From Harriotta raleighana (Eukaryota), in contig JBNZDD010013567.1 in NCBI GenBank assembly GCA_050575255.1, positions 1,503,163-1,567,162 of the forward strand: DNA of 64,000 nucleotides, written 5' to 3'. The position numbers and the translations under genes were made by a program. The notes under the pieces are model-generated. The model searched no databases. It saw only the letters and a program-made list of their open reading frames with translations, and was not told where the DNA came from. Each line of letters begins with the position of its first letter. Position 1 is the stretch's first letter. This document shows, piece after piece, positions 12,364 to 24,025 of the stretch.

Positions 12364-15300
12364 CTTCAAACAAAAAAAACAGTGCATTTAGCGCCAGGCG
12401 TTCAATTAATAATATGAGATTCTGACAACAGAAATCGGAGCAAAAATTCGACCCTCCTCCCTCCACCACCCACTTATTCTGTCACAAAATTCTGTCACGG
12501 GTATTGAGAAAAAGGAACAATTCCAACGATAAGCAAACACAAGACATCTGACTGAACCTAATGTCGTTTACTTGAATCGCCCAGCCTTGCTCAACAATTG
12601 TCTTGCAGTGACAAGATGAGATACCTAACCTGGTATCTAAAGGTTAGGTTAAAGCCACCTCTCCCCCCTCCATGAGGGAGAAAGGGAAGGAGTTTGAAAG
12701 CACAGTTGAAAAGATAGGCAATTAAGACAGGTTTTAAAGGCAGGGAGGAGATAGAGAGTGAGCAGGAGAGACACAGGTGAGTTTGAAGCTTAGTCAAGGC
12801 AGAAAGAACTACAGGCTTCTCTTTCAGCCTCTCTGCTCCCACATTCTGGAACTCCATCCCACAGTCCCTTCGCCTCGCTCATGACAAAGCGTGGGAGGGC
12901 TCCAGTCCAACAAGCAAATCTCTACCGACTGTTAAGAGGACGCTCACTAACCCTCCTTTTCCTAAATGGAACCGAACACCTGGATTGGTAGCTGACAGAC
13001 TCCGCCACTCACTTTAGAAGCTGCTCCAGCTCCCGCTTGATTTTGTTCACCACGGGGGGCCCCTGGTAGGTGAGGGCCGTGTAGAACTGGATTAACGTGG
13101 CTCCAGCTCGGATCTTCTCGAGAGCATCTGCTCCACTGCCAATCCCGCCCACTCCAACAATAGGAATCCTCCCTGGAGAGGGGAACACAACAGCCTCTTA
13201 CTCGATTACACGATTACAGGCAGAAGATGAGATGTCACAAATCTACATTCCATCAGTACAACTGAGCAGGTTGGGGGAGAGGGTTTCCAAAAAAAATAAT
13301 CACATGAAATATTCAACTTCACACAGTTATGGATAAGAGTGCATTCACTCAAATAGCTGCACCTAGCAGTATAAATTCAGCACAAAGCTATCTGCGTTGG
13401 TTAGATTTTCTAACCCACGGAGATCAATCACGGCATTCTATTTCTGTGGTTGTGGATTCCTGTAGCTCAGTGGTTAGAGCACTCGCCTTACGAGTGTTCG
13501 AATCCAGGCAGATCAGGGTGAAACCTTGGGCATGTTTCCTTACTCCACGCATCTAATAATAATTAGATACAGTCACTCCACTTTACAGTATATTCTGTGA
13601 AGCGATTTGAGACATCTAGATGTGAAAAGCACTATATCAAAATGCAAGGATTATTATTATTGTGAATGGCTCCTCGAATATCCCAAGACAGCACGCTTCA
13701 AGTTTAGATTTCTTTTGTATTCATAATAATCAATAAATATGATGATTGTATTTGATGTAGCACCCTTTCATGTCGTCGAGACTTCTCAAACAACTTCACA
13801 GGACATACTGTAAAATGGAGTGACTGTGTGTTTGGGAGAGGCGTTAAAATAATAATAATCCTTGCATTTCACATCTTCTAGACAGCTCAAAGCGCTTCAC
13901 AGAATATACTGTAAAAGTGAATTGACAGTATGTTTGTGGGTGAAATGCGGCAGCCAATTGTGCACAGTAGGGTCCCACAAACAGTTGTGGATTGAAATGA
14001 CCAATTTATTATAGGTTTCGTTTGGAGGTGTTAGTTTTATTATCATTAAAAGTTAGTTTGCAAACTGTTTAAAATCCACAGTTGCTGCTGGTTTTAACCC
14101 ACAGCGACATTCTCTGCTAATCCCACCGTCTCTGCTAATCGTTTGCAAGTTTGCATGTAGCTGCAGGAAATACCTTTGGTGAGGAGGTACATCTCTCGTA
14201 CAGCCTGTGTAGACATCTCCCTCAGGGGAGCTCCGCTCAACCCACCCAACTCAGTCCGCAGCGGGTCCTGGAGTGACGCTGGCCGGCTGATTGTAGTGTT
14301 TGTTACAATAAGTCCATCTACTCCCAGCTGCAAACAGCAAAAAAAAAAAGACGTCAGCTGGACACCAGATCATAGCTGAAGAGCTTCCCACGGTCACCTC
14401 CTCCCTCTCTCTGGTGAGGCATCAAGCTCTGCAGGCTCTGGCCTGCTCCATGTCCGCCAACCCACCCGCCCCACCATTGGCGGGCGAGCCTTTAGCCACT
14501 CTACCCCCCCAACCTCTGAATCTCCATCCCACAGTCTCTCTGCCTCAACCCTTCCCTGGCCTCCTTCAAGTCTCCCCTCAAAACTCTCCTCTTCGATGGA
14601 CCCATCGGCAACCCCTAACCCGCCACTTCCCTCCCCACCATGTCCTCAGCTCAGGTCTGAAGCAGTGACGTGAAAGGCACTATACAAGTATAATTTTGCT
14701 GTTGTTGTTGTTTAGCTCTCCGAGACTCTACCCTGTGTGAAGGTCGCTAAACAGATAGATGTAAATTGCTGATGACATCGTCAACAAGGTACATTTGAGG
14801 TTATTCTTGACATCAAGAGTTCCTCACCTCAGTCACAACCACAGCAATGTCCTCTTTATCCTGAGCTGTCAGATCTGGAGCAATTTTTACAAGCACAGCT
14901 GGTTTCTGATCTTCTTTCAGATTATCTCGTTCCCTCAGCACCTGGAGAACAATATAATAATAATAATCCTTGCGTTCGGTCCAGCGCTTTTCATGTCTTC
15001 TAGACGTCTCAAAGCGCTTCACAGAATATACCGTAAAGTGAATCGACTGTACATTTGTGGGCAGAATGCGGCAGCCAATTGCACACAGCAGTGTCCCACA
15101 AACAGTCATGGATTGAAATGACCAATTTCATTGTGTTTTTTTGGAGAGATTATTATTAGGCGTGTAGAGAAAGGAAACTTGCCCAAGGTTTCGCCCTGAC
15201 CTGCCTGGATTCGAACACAGGCCTCACGCTCGTAAGGCGAGTGCTCTAACCACTGAGCTACAGGATGTTTCAAAGAGCAGGCAAGACAAACGATGGGACG

Positions 15301-18300
15301 AATGGCCTCCTTGTGTACTGCAGGATTCTATAATTCACGCCGGCTGAATCAAGAATGAAACAAAAGACAATAACTAACCTTGCCTAGCAAGTAGCGCAGT
15401 TCCTCCTTCCCCTGAAGAGTTCTCAAGCCTGGAGTGTTGGGGCTGGAGACATTCACCACCAGGTAATCAGCCAGTGGTCCCAGCCTCCTCATTCCCTCTA
15501 CATAGTCAGCGGCAGCGTCTGCTGATAGCTTGTTCTTCCCGAGATTTATTCCCAAGGGTCTTCCATCTTTCGAAATAAAAACTTTTTTTTAAAACCTAAT
15601 TCTAAATGCACAGTATCTCCATAGATACATTCACTGCTTCACTTTTGTTGTTGTTGTTGTTGTTGTTGAGAATGCATAACTGGACTATATGACCCAATTG
15701 GTCTATTTTACAGCCAGCCGAAGCGTTTGTTTACAAGAAGCAGAAACACAATTCATTTAAAAGGTTTCAAGTATCAGTCAACTCTGAGCTGAAAGGACAA
15801 GACATAATAATAATAATCCTTGCCTTTGATATAGTATCTTATCATACCTTTGAGACAACAGCAACAACTTGCATTTATATCGCACCTTTTACATGCGGCA
15901 GCAGAGACATCTCAAAGATCTTCACGGAATATACAGTAAAGTGAATTAACTGCATATTTGCAAGGCGAAATATCTTATGACCTGTAACCAGGAGTTAATG
16001 GAATTTGAAGGGATGTCCTGTAAAGAGTGGACTAACATACTACTGTTAGTGATAGTAAAATCAACAAAGTGTAAAACAAAACTGCCTGGCAGTAAAAACA
16101 TGTCACCTAATGGAGTACATTAATGTGCAATTCCTTTTTAAAAAAAAATAGAGGAATGTCTTTCAGCAGCTGCATTTCAAAGTAGGTCATGCACAAACTG
16201 CGTCGATCACACGAGTGGCTGAGACAGACAGTGATCACAGACTGCCCCATCTCACATTCGCATCGCATCAGATCCACTTTCACATCGTTCTTTGGTGTTG
16301 GAAGAACGTGGAGCCTTCTTTGTGAAAGCAAACAAAACAATCGCAGCTTCGCTCTTTCATTCAATCTTCAGTTGTTCCAATTTTGAATGCAATCGTAAAA
16401 CTCAATTCATTTTCATTGCCTGTGTTTTTGGATTCCCATCTTAAAAGCCTCCCCCACTTTCCCGTCTCCTCCCAGCTCCCCATAAATTCAGGAAACCCAC
16501 TGCAAGCAGGTTGGTACTGTACCACAAAACAATAGAAATTTACAGCGCAGAAGATCATTCAGCCCATCGTGCTTGTGCTTTAGATATTTATCTACAACAG
16601 TAACTTGTAGTGACTTTCACTCAGAGTAGCTTCTCAGAACACTTAACAATGCTTCCTTTTAGAAAAAATGTGGTTTCTGCCTCAACCCTCAAGGGTAATC
16701 CACACCCTAACTACTCTGTACTAAGAAAATAGTTCTCCTGATCTCCCCATTTGCTCACAGCCTTTATTTGTGGCCCACTAGTTCACTGACAAATGTTCAA
16801 TGCCACCTTCAGGAATGTTGCCGTCTTTCCACAGGACATCGGATGTCCGCAGACAAGCATGTTAACATCACACGAATGGGTCCAATTGAAGGAGAATGAC
16901 TCCAATTCATTGACGGATGGCAAAAGACCAAACCACTCCACCTTAATCCGGGTGTAATGTTTCTGTAACAAGTAACCAGATGCCTGGATACTCTTTCCAC
17001 TATGTGTGTGCTCATAAATAAAGGTTCAGTTCTGTCACAAATAGTTACAAAAGGTCGCAACACAGCAACACAAGTGACTCATCTTAATGCTGGCATTATC
17101 TGACATTAAATGAGAGGCAAGAGGGCTAATGGGCTTAAAGTTAAGAGTTCAGCCTGCCCTCCCTTAGGCAAGGCGGTGGCAACTAAACGTGGCTTTGTTT
17201 CAAACTGTTCAACACTAAAATAACTTGTATCAAAAGACAGTCCAGTGTTATCTGAACAAAAGACGCCTTTTGCTGGCTGCACCTTTAGCAAAAATGTAAT
17301 TCTACCTTTGCAATCATACATCAGGGTGTTTGTTGTGGGACACAGCGCAACACTGGGTCACAGCTGGATGAGTCGAGCAATTGTTACAAAAGTACCTGAA
17401 TGTGAACAGACATTTCCAAATGGATCTTCCATTCAGCCTGCATGCAGTTATAATAATAATAATCCTTGCATTTGATAGAGCACCTAATCACATTGTCGAG
17501 AAGTCTCAAAGCGCTTCACAGAATATACTGTGAAGTGAATAGACTGTAGGTTCTCTTGTAGTTTGAAGACACAAGAAAGAGCGCGCGTTAAAAGCATTTC
17601 TGTTACGAGGGGATGAAAGTGACGCTGGAAATTGTGGGTACCAATGTAGTTTGGGAGCAACTACTTACGCAAACCACCAAGCTCACAATGCTGGGGAAAA
17701 AAAAGCCTTCAATGTTACCCTGAGGTACAAGCTGGCAACGACCCCATCTTATTTCAGAATCCCGGTAATACAGAACTCCTGAATACTAGTGCCATCATGT
17801 GGCAAAACGAAATGCGCAGAATTCACAGTGCTCAGAAAATACTGAGCTCTCAGCCGGCCCCAGCATCGCAGTGTTCGACATGCTGACGCTGCAACAATCA
17901 GCTGCACTTATACAACTCCTTTCCAGAGAGGAGGACATCTTAAAACGCTTGACAAATGTAGTGGTGCTAATTGGCCAGACTGCAAGCTGAGAGAATGTTA
18001 ACCAAAGCAACAGTTGAAGAGTTGAACAGTCGAATGTCTCAAAGCTCCACGTAGGATATATGTAAAGTAAATTGACTGGATTTGGGGAGGTTTCTCGAAG
18101 GCAGCAACAGACATAGCCGCCTCCCAACCCCCACCCCCACACAAACACACTCCCGGAATCAATCAAATTAATTCATTGTAAATCAATGTTCAGTTTCCTG
18201 AGTAAAGACCGTGATAAATCGATAATAATAATCCTTGCATTTGATATAGTGCTTTTCACGTCTTCTAGCACTTCACAGAATATGCTGTAAAGTTAATTGA

Positions 18301-21300
18301 CTGTATATTTGTGGGCGAAACGAGGCAGCCAATTGCGTACAGCAGTGTCCCACAAACAGTCTTGGATTCAAATGACCAATTTATTATTTTTTTGGAGGGA
18401 TTATTATCAGGCTTGTGTAGTAAGGAAATTTCCCCAAGGTTTCGCCCTGCCTGGAATTGAACCCAGGTCTCTCGCTTGTAAGGCGAGTGCTCTAACCACT
18501 GAGCTACAGGACCCCACAAAATGTCTTGTTTTGAGAAGTCATGACTGACACATCACATTTGTTTACGGACTGACTGCGGGGTTCAAATGAACTTACTGAG
18601 ACTGTTTGCTTTTGCTCCCGATGGTGTGTTCAGTCCGTTTTGCCCGGTCATTGGGTTTTGAAACTGAAAATCGTTACAACAGCAGCAACAACTTCCATTT
18701 ATACAGGGTCCCACATGCAGGGCGGGGTCTCAGAACTGCCCGATGTAACCCCGGCCTCTCTCAGTCTCACCTTTTGTTAGCTTCTGCTGTGTTTCCCACC
18801 GTCCTTCAAGTCGTTGCTGTACAGCTAAATGCCCGTGACTGTTAAAGCCGTACCTGGTTCGAAAGCAAACACAAGTTGCTTTGGGTTTTTGGGGGATTCA
18901 TAAGGACATTGCGGTGAGAGACATTGAACTCTGGCAACCGGCTGCTCAAACCAATGGAGCGGAAACTCCAGAACCAAGTTACTCGGGGACACTCGTCGAA
19001 GCCTATGATTCTCATGTATTTTAGAATCTGTTCGGCGCCTTGGGACGTGCTCCCGACGTCCCAATAAATTACACACGTAATTCTGTTGTTGCATTATGTA
19101 ACAAAACCAATTGAACAAAAATACTCGCACGGAGAAAACTAACCAGAACTTTTGTTCCTATTGTGCTAGAGATATTTATTATCTTGTATCCCCAAGGTGC
19201 TAACCATTAAAAACCATCTAGTAAATCAAGTAAATCAATTGTAACCACAGATCGCAGAAAAGCACAGCGATTCCGCCGTACCTGTTAATGATAGCCTGAT
19301 CTGACTGCAGCCTGAAAACCCTGGGCTTGGGGTTTCCTTCCTGAGGTTGGGGTGTGACGCTTCCTACCTCTACAAATCCGAACCCCATCTTGTAAAGCCC
19401 ATCGATCGCCTCGCCGTGTTTGTCGAAGCCAGCTGCAATCCCAACAGGGTTCTTGAACTTTTGACCAAACACTTTTACCGCCTGAAATTGGTGGAAAGCT
19501 GTTAAAAAAAATTTTTTTCCCTCCCACACAATATCAGGAAGGTCAAAACTCCACCTGTATTTCAACATGGAACACGTGTGTGTTTGTGTGTGTGTGTGTG
19601 TAAAATGCAACAACCCACAGCAGATAATAATAATAATCCTCCCATTTGATATAGCGCTTTTCACATCTTATCGAAGTCCCAAAGCGCTTCACAGAATATA
19701 CTGTAAAGTGACCTGACTGTATATTTGTGGGCGAAAGATCTTACCGGGTGGAAAAATAGCTACACTTAAAGAGATGGAATTTCATCCTGGATCCTTAATG
19801 TTACGTGGCACTCCAGTGATGATACGGGACAAAACCGAGCAAAGAATTTGAAAGTGATACAGCAGTGAAGAAGAAGAATAATACTACTGTTATACAATGA
19901 CTAGGAGGAGAGCATCACAACCACAAGATCAGGAGAGAGCTTCCATTCCTTCTGAACTACTTCTTGCACAATATCCACCCTGTCAGCATTCCCATCACAA
20001 CCTTGAGATGTCCCAAAATAATAAATAGGAATCCTTGCGTTCGTTTCATATAGTGCCTTGTCGTGATGTCGAGATGTCTCAAAGTGCTTCACCCAGTACG
20101 CTGTAAAATGTGAATCGACCTCATGTTTGAATCACATGGTTCGCCCACAAATATACAGTCAATTTTTCTTACTCCTTTCCCTGAGCCACCACCCCACTTG
20201 GCTGTACAGCGCTTTGGGACGTCCTCCCGACGTGAAAGGCGCTATATAATTTTTTTCTAAAATTTTGATTGAAGTGTCAATGTCCTGGCCTCTACTTCTT
20301 ATTCGCTTCCAAATTGTAATGAATCACTTTCAGGGCCCCACCATTCATGACCTTGCCCCCTGCTACATCTGCTGACCCCCTATCAACCTGTCCACTGCCT
20401 CCTATCTGAATGTTATGTTCGACTTTAACTTTCTCAATCCCATTTCACAGTTGAAAACCTGTAATAATAATAATAGTAATAATCCTTGCATTTGATATAG
20501 CGCTTTGCACGTCTTCTAGACTTCTCAAAGTGCTTCACAGAATATACTGTAAAATGAAATGACTGTATATTTTGTGGGCAAAACGTGGCAGACTGTTCAC
20601 ATCCACCCAGTTGACATCTGGAAAGGATGCAGCCACTTGTTAGATGAGCTCAATCATGCGCCTACCAGGATGGGGGAATCCTTGTGTCTCGATCGTGGGA
20701 TTAATCCCCGTGAAATAAACCACACAGAGAGCTTGTGGGCCGTTTCCGGGTCCACAAACCTCTGCAAGGTGGGCATCAGGTGTCGGGCGTAAAACTTCTC
20801 ATCCCCTGCAGCGATGCAGTAAGCTAAACACAGGAGAGAGCCACCCCCTAGCACTCGAGCAGCCTCTGCCAGGCGTTTCTGGGGAAGAAAGAAAGACATT
20901 AGAAGAGGTTGCATTACCCATGGAAGCATTATTACAGGTGGTGGGGGTGGGGAGGGTCGGGAATGAACTGATGGCGATCACATAAAACATGCAGTGGGAA
21001 TGTGGAACGGGTTTGTGGATAAGTACAAGCAAAACAAAGAGGAACTACTGTAAAATTAATCTGCGAGCTGGACAAACCTGTATCACTTACTGAATGCACC
21101 GCAGAACTCTGGCCTGAACCAAAGTTGTTGCAACATGTTAGCATTCCCAGTTAGTCCCAACAAAGACATATATTAGACGCTGCTGAAACAACAGTATTGG
21201 CTGATCTTTGGAGGAACCTTTGTGAAGCCAAAGAAACACTGCCTTCGGGACAGGCGATTGTAACAATTTATAATTAACCCCTTACACATCAAGAGGATAA

Positions 21301-22330
21301 TAACTGCAATAATATTATAATAATAATCCTTGAGTTTGATATAGCACTTTGCACATATAACAATATATAATAATAACATATCACATAGGATATCACAAAG
21401 CTGGCTTCACAGTGAGGACCTTGGTTAAACCCCTACTTGGGCTTGTTGTTTCTCTGCCATTTCAGTTCAGGAGTTATAGCGAGCTGTGTAATTCAACAAC
21501 AACATAACATTTGTATAGCACCTTTCACGTCAGGAGGATGTCCCAAGGCGTTGGACAGTTCTTGTTTCAGACCCGAGCTGGAGACGGGGACGGTGGAGGG
21601 AAAGGGGGGGTGGGATTTGGGATGACAGATGAGACCGTCGAACAGGAGGGTCTTGAGGCTGAACTTGAAGGAGGGCAGGGAGGGGGGGCGAGGAGGAGGG
21701 ACTACGCGCGATCACAGCTGAAACAAGCGATTTGATCAAGTGAATCAAATCGCATCAGAAGAGAGTTTGCGGGGAAACACTGCAGCGACTCGGAGACAGT
21801 GCCATTGTGGCTATGAGTGTAATTGGTGGCAATATTACTGTGAGGGCGGTTGGGTTTCTTTTAGATCACGTTAGGTCATGTTTGAGGACCTAAAAGTCAA
21901 ATCACTGTGTGTGCTTAACAAATAACTCTTAGGGTAGTTGGTTACAGCGTTGCTGTGTGTAGCTGGTTACAGTGTTGTTTGTGGGATGCTTCTGTGCGCA
22001 ATAGACTGCCGCGTTTCGCCCACAAATGTGCAGTCGATTCACTTTACAGTATATTCTGTGAAGCGCTTTGAGACGTCTAAAAGACGTGAAAAGTGCTATA
22101 TCAAATGCAAGGATTATTATTATTATTGTTGTGTGCAGTTGGTTAGTGTTACTGTGTGTAGTTAGTGTTGTGCAGTTAGTGTTGCTGTGTGTAGTTGGTT
22201 AGTGTTGCTGTGTAGTTAGTTAGTGTTGTGTGTAGTTAGTTAGTGTTGTGTGCAGTTAGTTACACTGTTACTGTGTATAGTTGGTTACAGTGTTGCACAT
22301 CTCCCTCACCTTGAAGCCCTGGTTGAGCAT
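12228..22330 (-). CDS. DHODH: Dihydroorotate dehydrogenase (quinone), mitochondrial; 9 coding exons, about 422 aa
   Basis: Exons 22310-22330, 20666-20878, 19282-19481, 18771-18853, 15379-15566, 14828-14941, 14174-14327, 13013-13172, 12228-12363. All introns are GT-AG, phases are consistent, total 1269 nt. Class-2 DHODH motifs: [46 protein letters not shown]. Confidence 0.97.
13013..13172 (-). CDS. DHODH: DHODH exon 8
   Basis: CTCTCCAG|[39 protein letters not shown]...ELEQLL|GTGAGT; 160 nt. Confidence 0.95.
13458..13660 (+). mobile_element. Deu-domain SINE with internal deletion
   Basis: tRNA head and L2 tail present; core missing. Confidence 0.75.
14174..14327 (-). CDS. DHODH: DHODH exon 7
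   Basis: TTTGCAG|[12 protein letters not shown]...GGLSGAPLR...LTK|GTATTT; 154 nt. Confidence 0.96.
14828..14941 (-). CDS. DHODH: DHODH exon 6
   Basis: TCTCCAG|VLRERD...[10 protein letters not shown]...VVTE|GTGAGG; 114 nt. Confidence 0.96.
14955..15265 (-). mobile_element. Full-length Deu-domain SINE abutting the DHODH exon 6 acceptor
   Basis: Complete head, core and tail; tail ends about 13 nt from the exon. Confidence 0.88.
15379..15566 (-). CDS. DHODH: DHODH exon 5 (catalytic NVSSPNT loop)
   Basis: [12 protein letters not shown]...[11 protein letters not shown]...LLGK|GTTAGT; 188 nt. Confidence 0.97.
18222..18512 (-). mobile_element. Deu-domain SINE
   Basis: Near full length. Confidence 0.85.
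18771..18853 (-). CDS. DHODH: DHODH exon 4
   Basis: AACCAG|[27 protein letters not shown]|GTGAGA; 83 nt. Confidence 0.95.
19282..19481 (-). CDS. DHODH: DHODH exon 3
   Basis: TTTCAG|[24 protein letters not shown]...QAIINR|GTACGG; 200 nt. Confidence 0.97.
20666..20878 (-). CDS. DHODH: DHODH exon 2 (transmembrane anchor and quinone tunnel helices)
   Basis: TTCCCCAG|[13 protein letters not shown]...DPETAH...DSPIL|GTAGG; 213 nt. Confidence 0.95.
22310..22330 (-). CDS. DHODH: DHODH exon 1 coding part (MLNQGFK)
   Basis: ATGCTCAACCAGGGCTTCAAG|GTGAGG; 21 nt, phase 0, same size as the recalled human MAWRHLK exon; joins KRLAEA in frame. Confidence 0.7.
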
Positions 22331-22339
22331 TTCCACAAT

Positions 22340-22618
22340 CACAGACAGAGTCACAGACACAGACACACAGACTGTCACAGACACAGTTACAGCCACAGAC
22401 ACACAGCCACAGAAACACAGACTATCACAGACACACAGTTACAGCCACAGACACACAGACACACAGACTGTCACAGACACACAGCCACAGACACACAGTT
22501 ACAGCCACAGACACACAGACTGTCACAGACACACAGCCACAGACATACAGTTACAGCCACAGACACACAGCCACAGCTCCTCAGACACAACTACAGACAC
22601 AGACACACAGCCACAGTC
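22340..22618. repeat. Compound CA-rich minisatellite (ACAGCCACAGACACAC-like)
   Basis: Visible tandem units immediately 5' of the DHODH ATG. Confidence 0.9.
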
Positions 22619-23221
22619 TCTTCCTCCCTGTAACCCCCTCTCTGCAGTTTCCTGCTGCTCTCTATAAACTGCTAGTTACGGTGAGTCGCAGAGTCCAGAA
22701 GCTCAGTCTGTAGGAGGGACTGGCTTCATATTACAAGCTTTGATGCAAGTCTCTCGCCTCCACTGATTTAGTCAGAATATTCCCCAGAGAGAGAGAGAGA
22801 GATAATACTGTTAACATCACCCCTTACTCCTATTAAATTTCACCCCCACCTCCCCTCCACACACACACACACCCACATACACACAACTCCCTACACACAT
22901 ACAAAGAAGCACACATCCCCCCCCACACACACACACACCAATAAAGCAGTGTCACAAATGGGGGCTGGTAATACTCTGGTAAAACTCAAGCACGATGGGT
23001 TACAATTGTGGCCTCAAAGATTGCTGTGAAAAGTTATCCAGTAATGGATAGTTAATACTGTAACCGGCATCCTGCAGCTCAGTGGGTTAGAACCACTCGC
23101 CTTACAAACGCGAAAGAGACCCCTGGGTTTGCCCCCGTCCGCGGAAGTATTTTTGTTCAATTGGTTCTGTTACCGAACAACAACAAAATGACATGTGTAG
23201 AGCGCCTTTCATGCAAACCGT

Positions 23222-24005
23222 TTCTAAAATGGGAATCATAGGCTTCGCCGAGTGTCCCCGAGTAACTTGGTTCTGGAGTTTCCGCTCCATTGGTTTGAGC
23301 AGCCGGTTGCCAGAGTTCAATGTCTCTCACTGCAATGTTCTTATGAATTCCTCCCCCAAAAAAACCCAAAGCAACTTGTGTTTGCTTTCGAACCAGGTAC
23401 GGCTTTAACAGTCACGGGCATTTAGCTGTACAGCAACGACTTGAAGGGCGGTGGGAAAAGCAGCAGCAGCTAACAAAAGGTGAGACTGAGAGGGTTACAT
23501 CGGGCAGTTCTGAGACCCTGCCCTGCATGTGGGAACCTGTATAAATGGAAGTTGTTGCTGCTGTTGTAACGATTTTCAGTTTCAAAACCCAGTGACCGGG
23601 CAAAATGGACTGAATACACCATCGGGAGCAAAAGCAAACAGTCTCAGTAAGTTCATTTGAACCCCGCAGTCAGTCCGTAAACAAATGTGATGTGTCAGTC
23701 ATGACGTCTCAAAACAAGACATTTTGTGGGGTCCTGTAGCTCAGTAGTTAGAGCACTCGCCTTACATGAGAGAGACCTGGGTTCAATTCCACGCAGGGCG
23801 AAACCTTGGGCACATTTCCTTATTCCACATGCTTGATAATAATCCCTCAAAAAAAAATGAACTGATCATTTTAATGCACAACTGTTTGTGGGACACTGCT
23901 GTGCACAATTGGCTGCCATGTTTCACCCACAAATACAGTTAATTCACTTTACAGTGTATTCGGTGAAGCGCTTCGAGACGTCTAGAAGACGTGAAAAACA
24001 CTAAA
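23222..24005 (+). repeat. Inverted segmental duplication of about 18230-19026
   Basis: Near-identical reverse complement over the unique part (23222-23730 vs 18510-19026); identity is lower within the terminal SINE. Confidence 0.92.
23397..23479 (+). pseudogene. Inverted duplicate of DHODH exon 4
   Basis: AACCAG|GTACGGCTTTAAC...CTAACAAAAG|GTGAGA; 4 substitutions against 18771-18853; frame and splice sites intact; no partner exons found on the plus strand. Confidence 0.9.
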
Positions 24006-24025
24006 TAAATGTAATTTTGTTGTTA
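23733..24025 (+). mobile_element. Deu-domain SINE
   Basis: Full head, core and tail. Confidence 0.85.

Noticed and set aside
12595-12640. Plus-strand SCSDKM peptide resembling the ADAT1 motif
   Set aside because: Flanks lack KPGRG and RWNVLG, and there is no exon structure; probably chance
14955-15265. tRNA-like sequences (TGTAGCTCAGTGGTTAGAGC...GTTCGAATCC)
   Set aside because: SINE heads followed by Deu core and L2 tail; not tRNA genes
22250-22667. 127-128 aa His/Thr-rich ORFs
   Set aside because: Products of the CA-rich minisatellite
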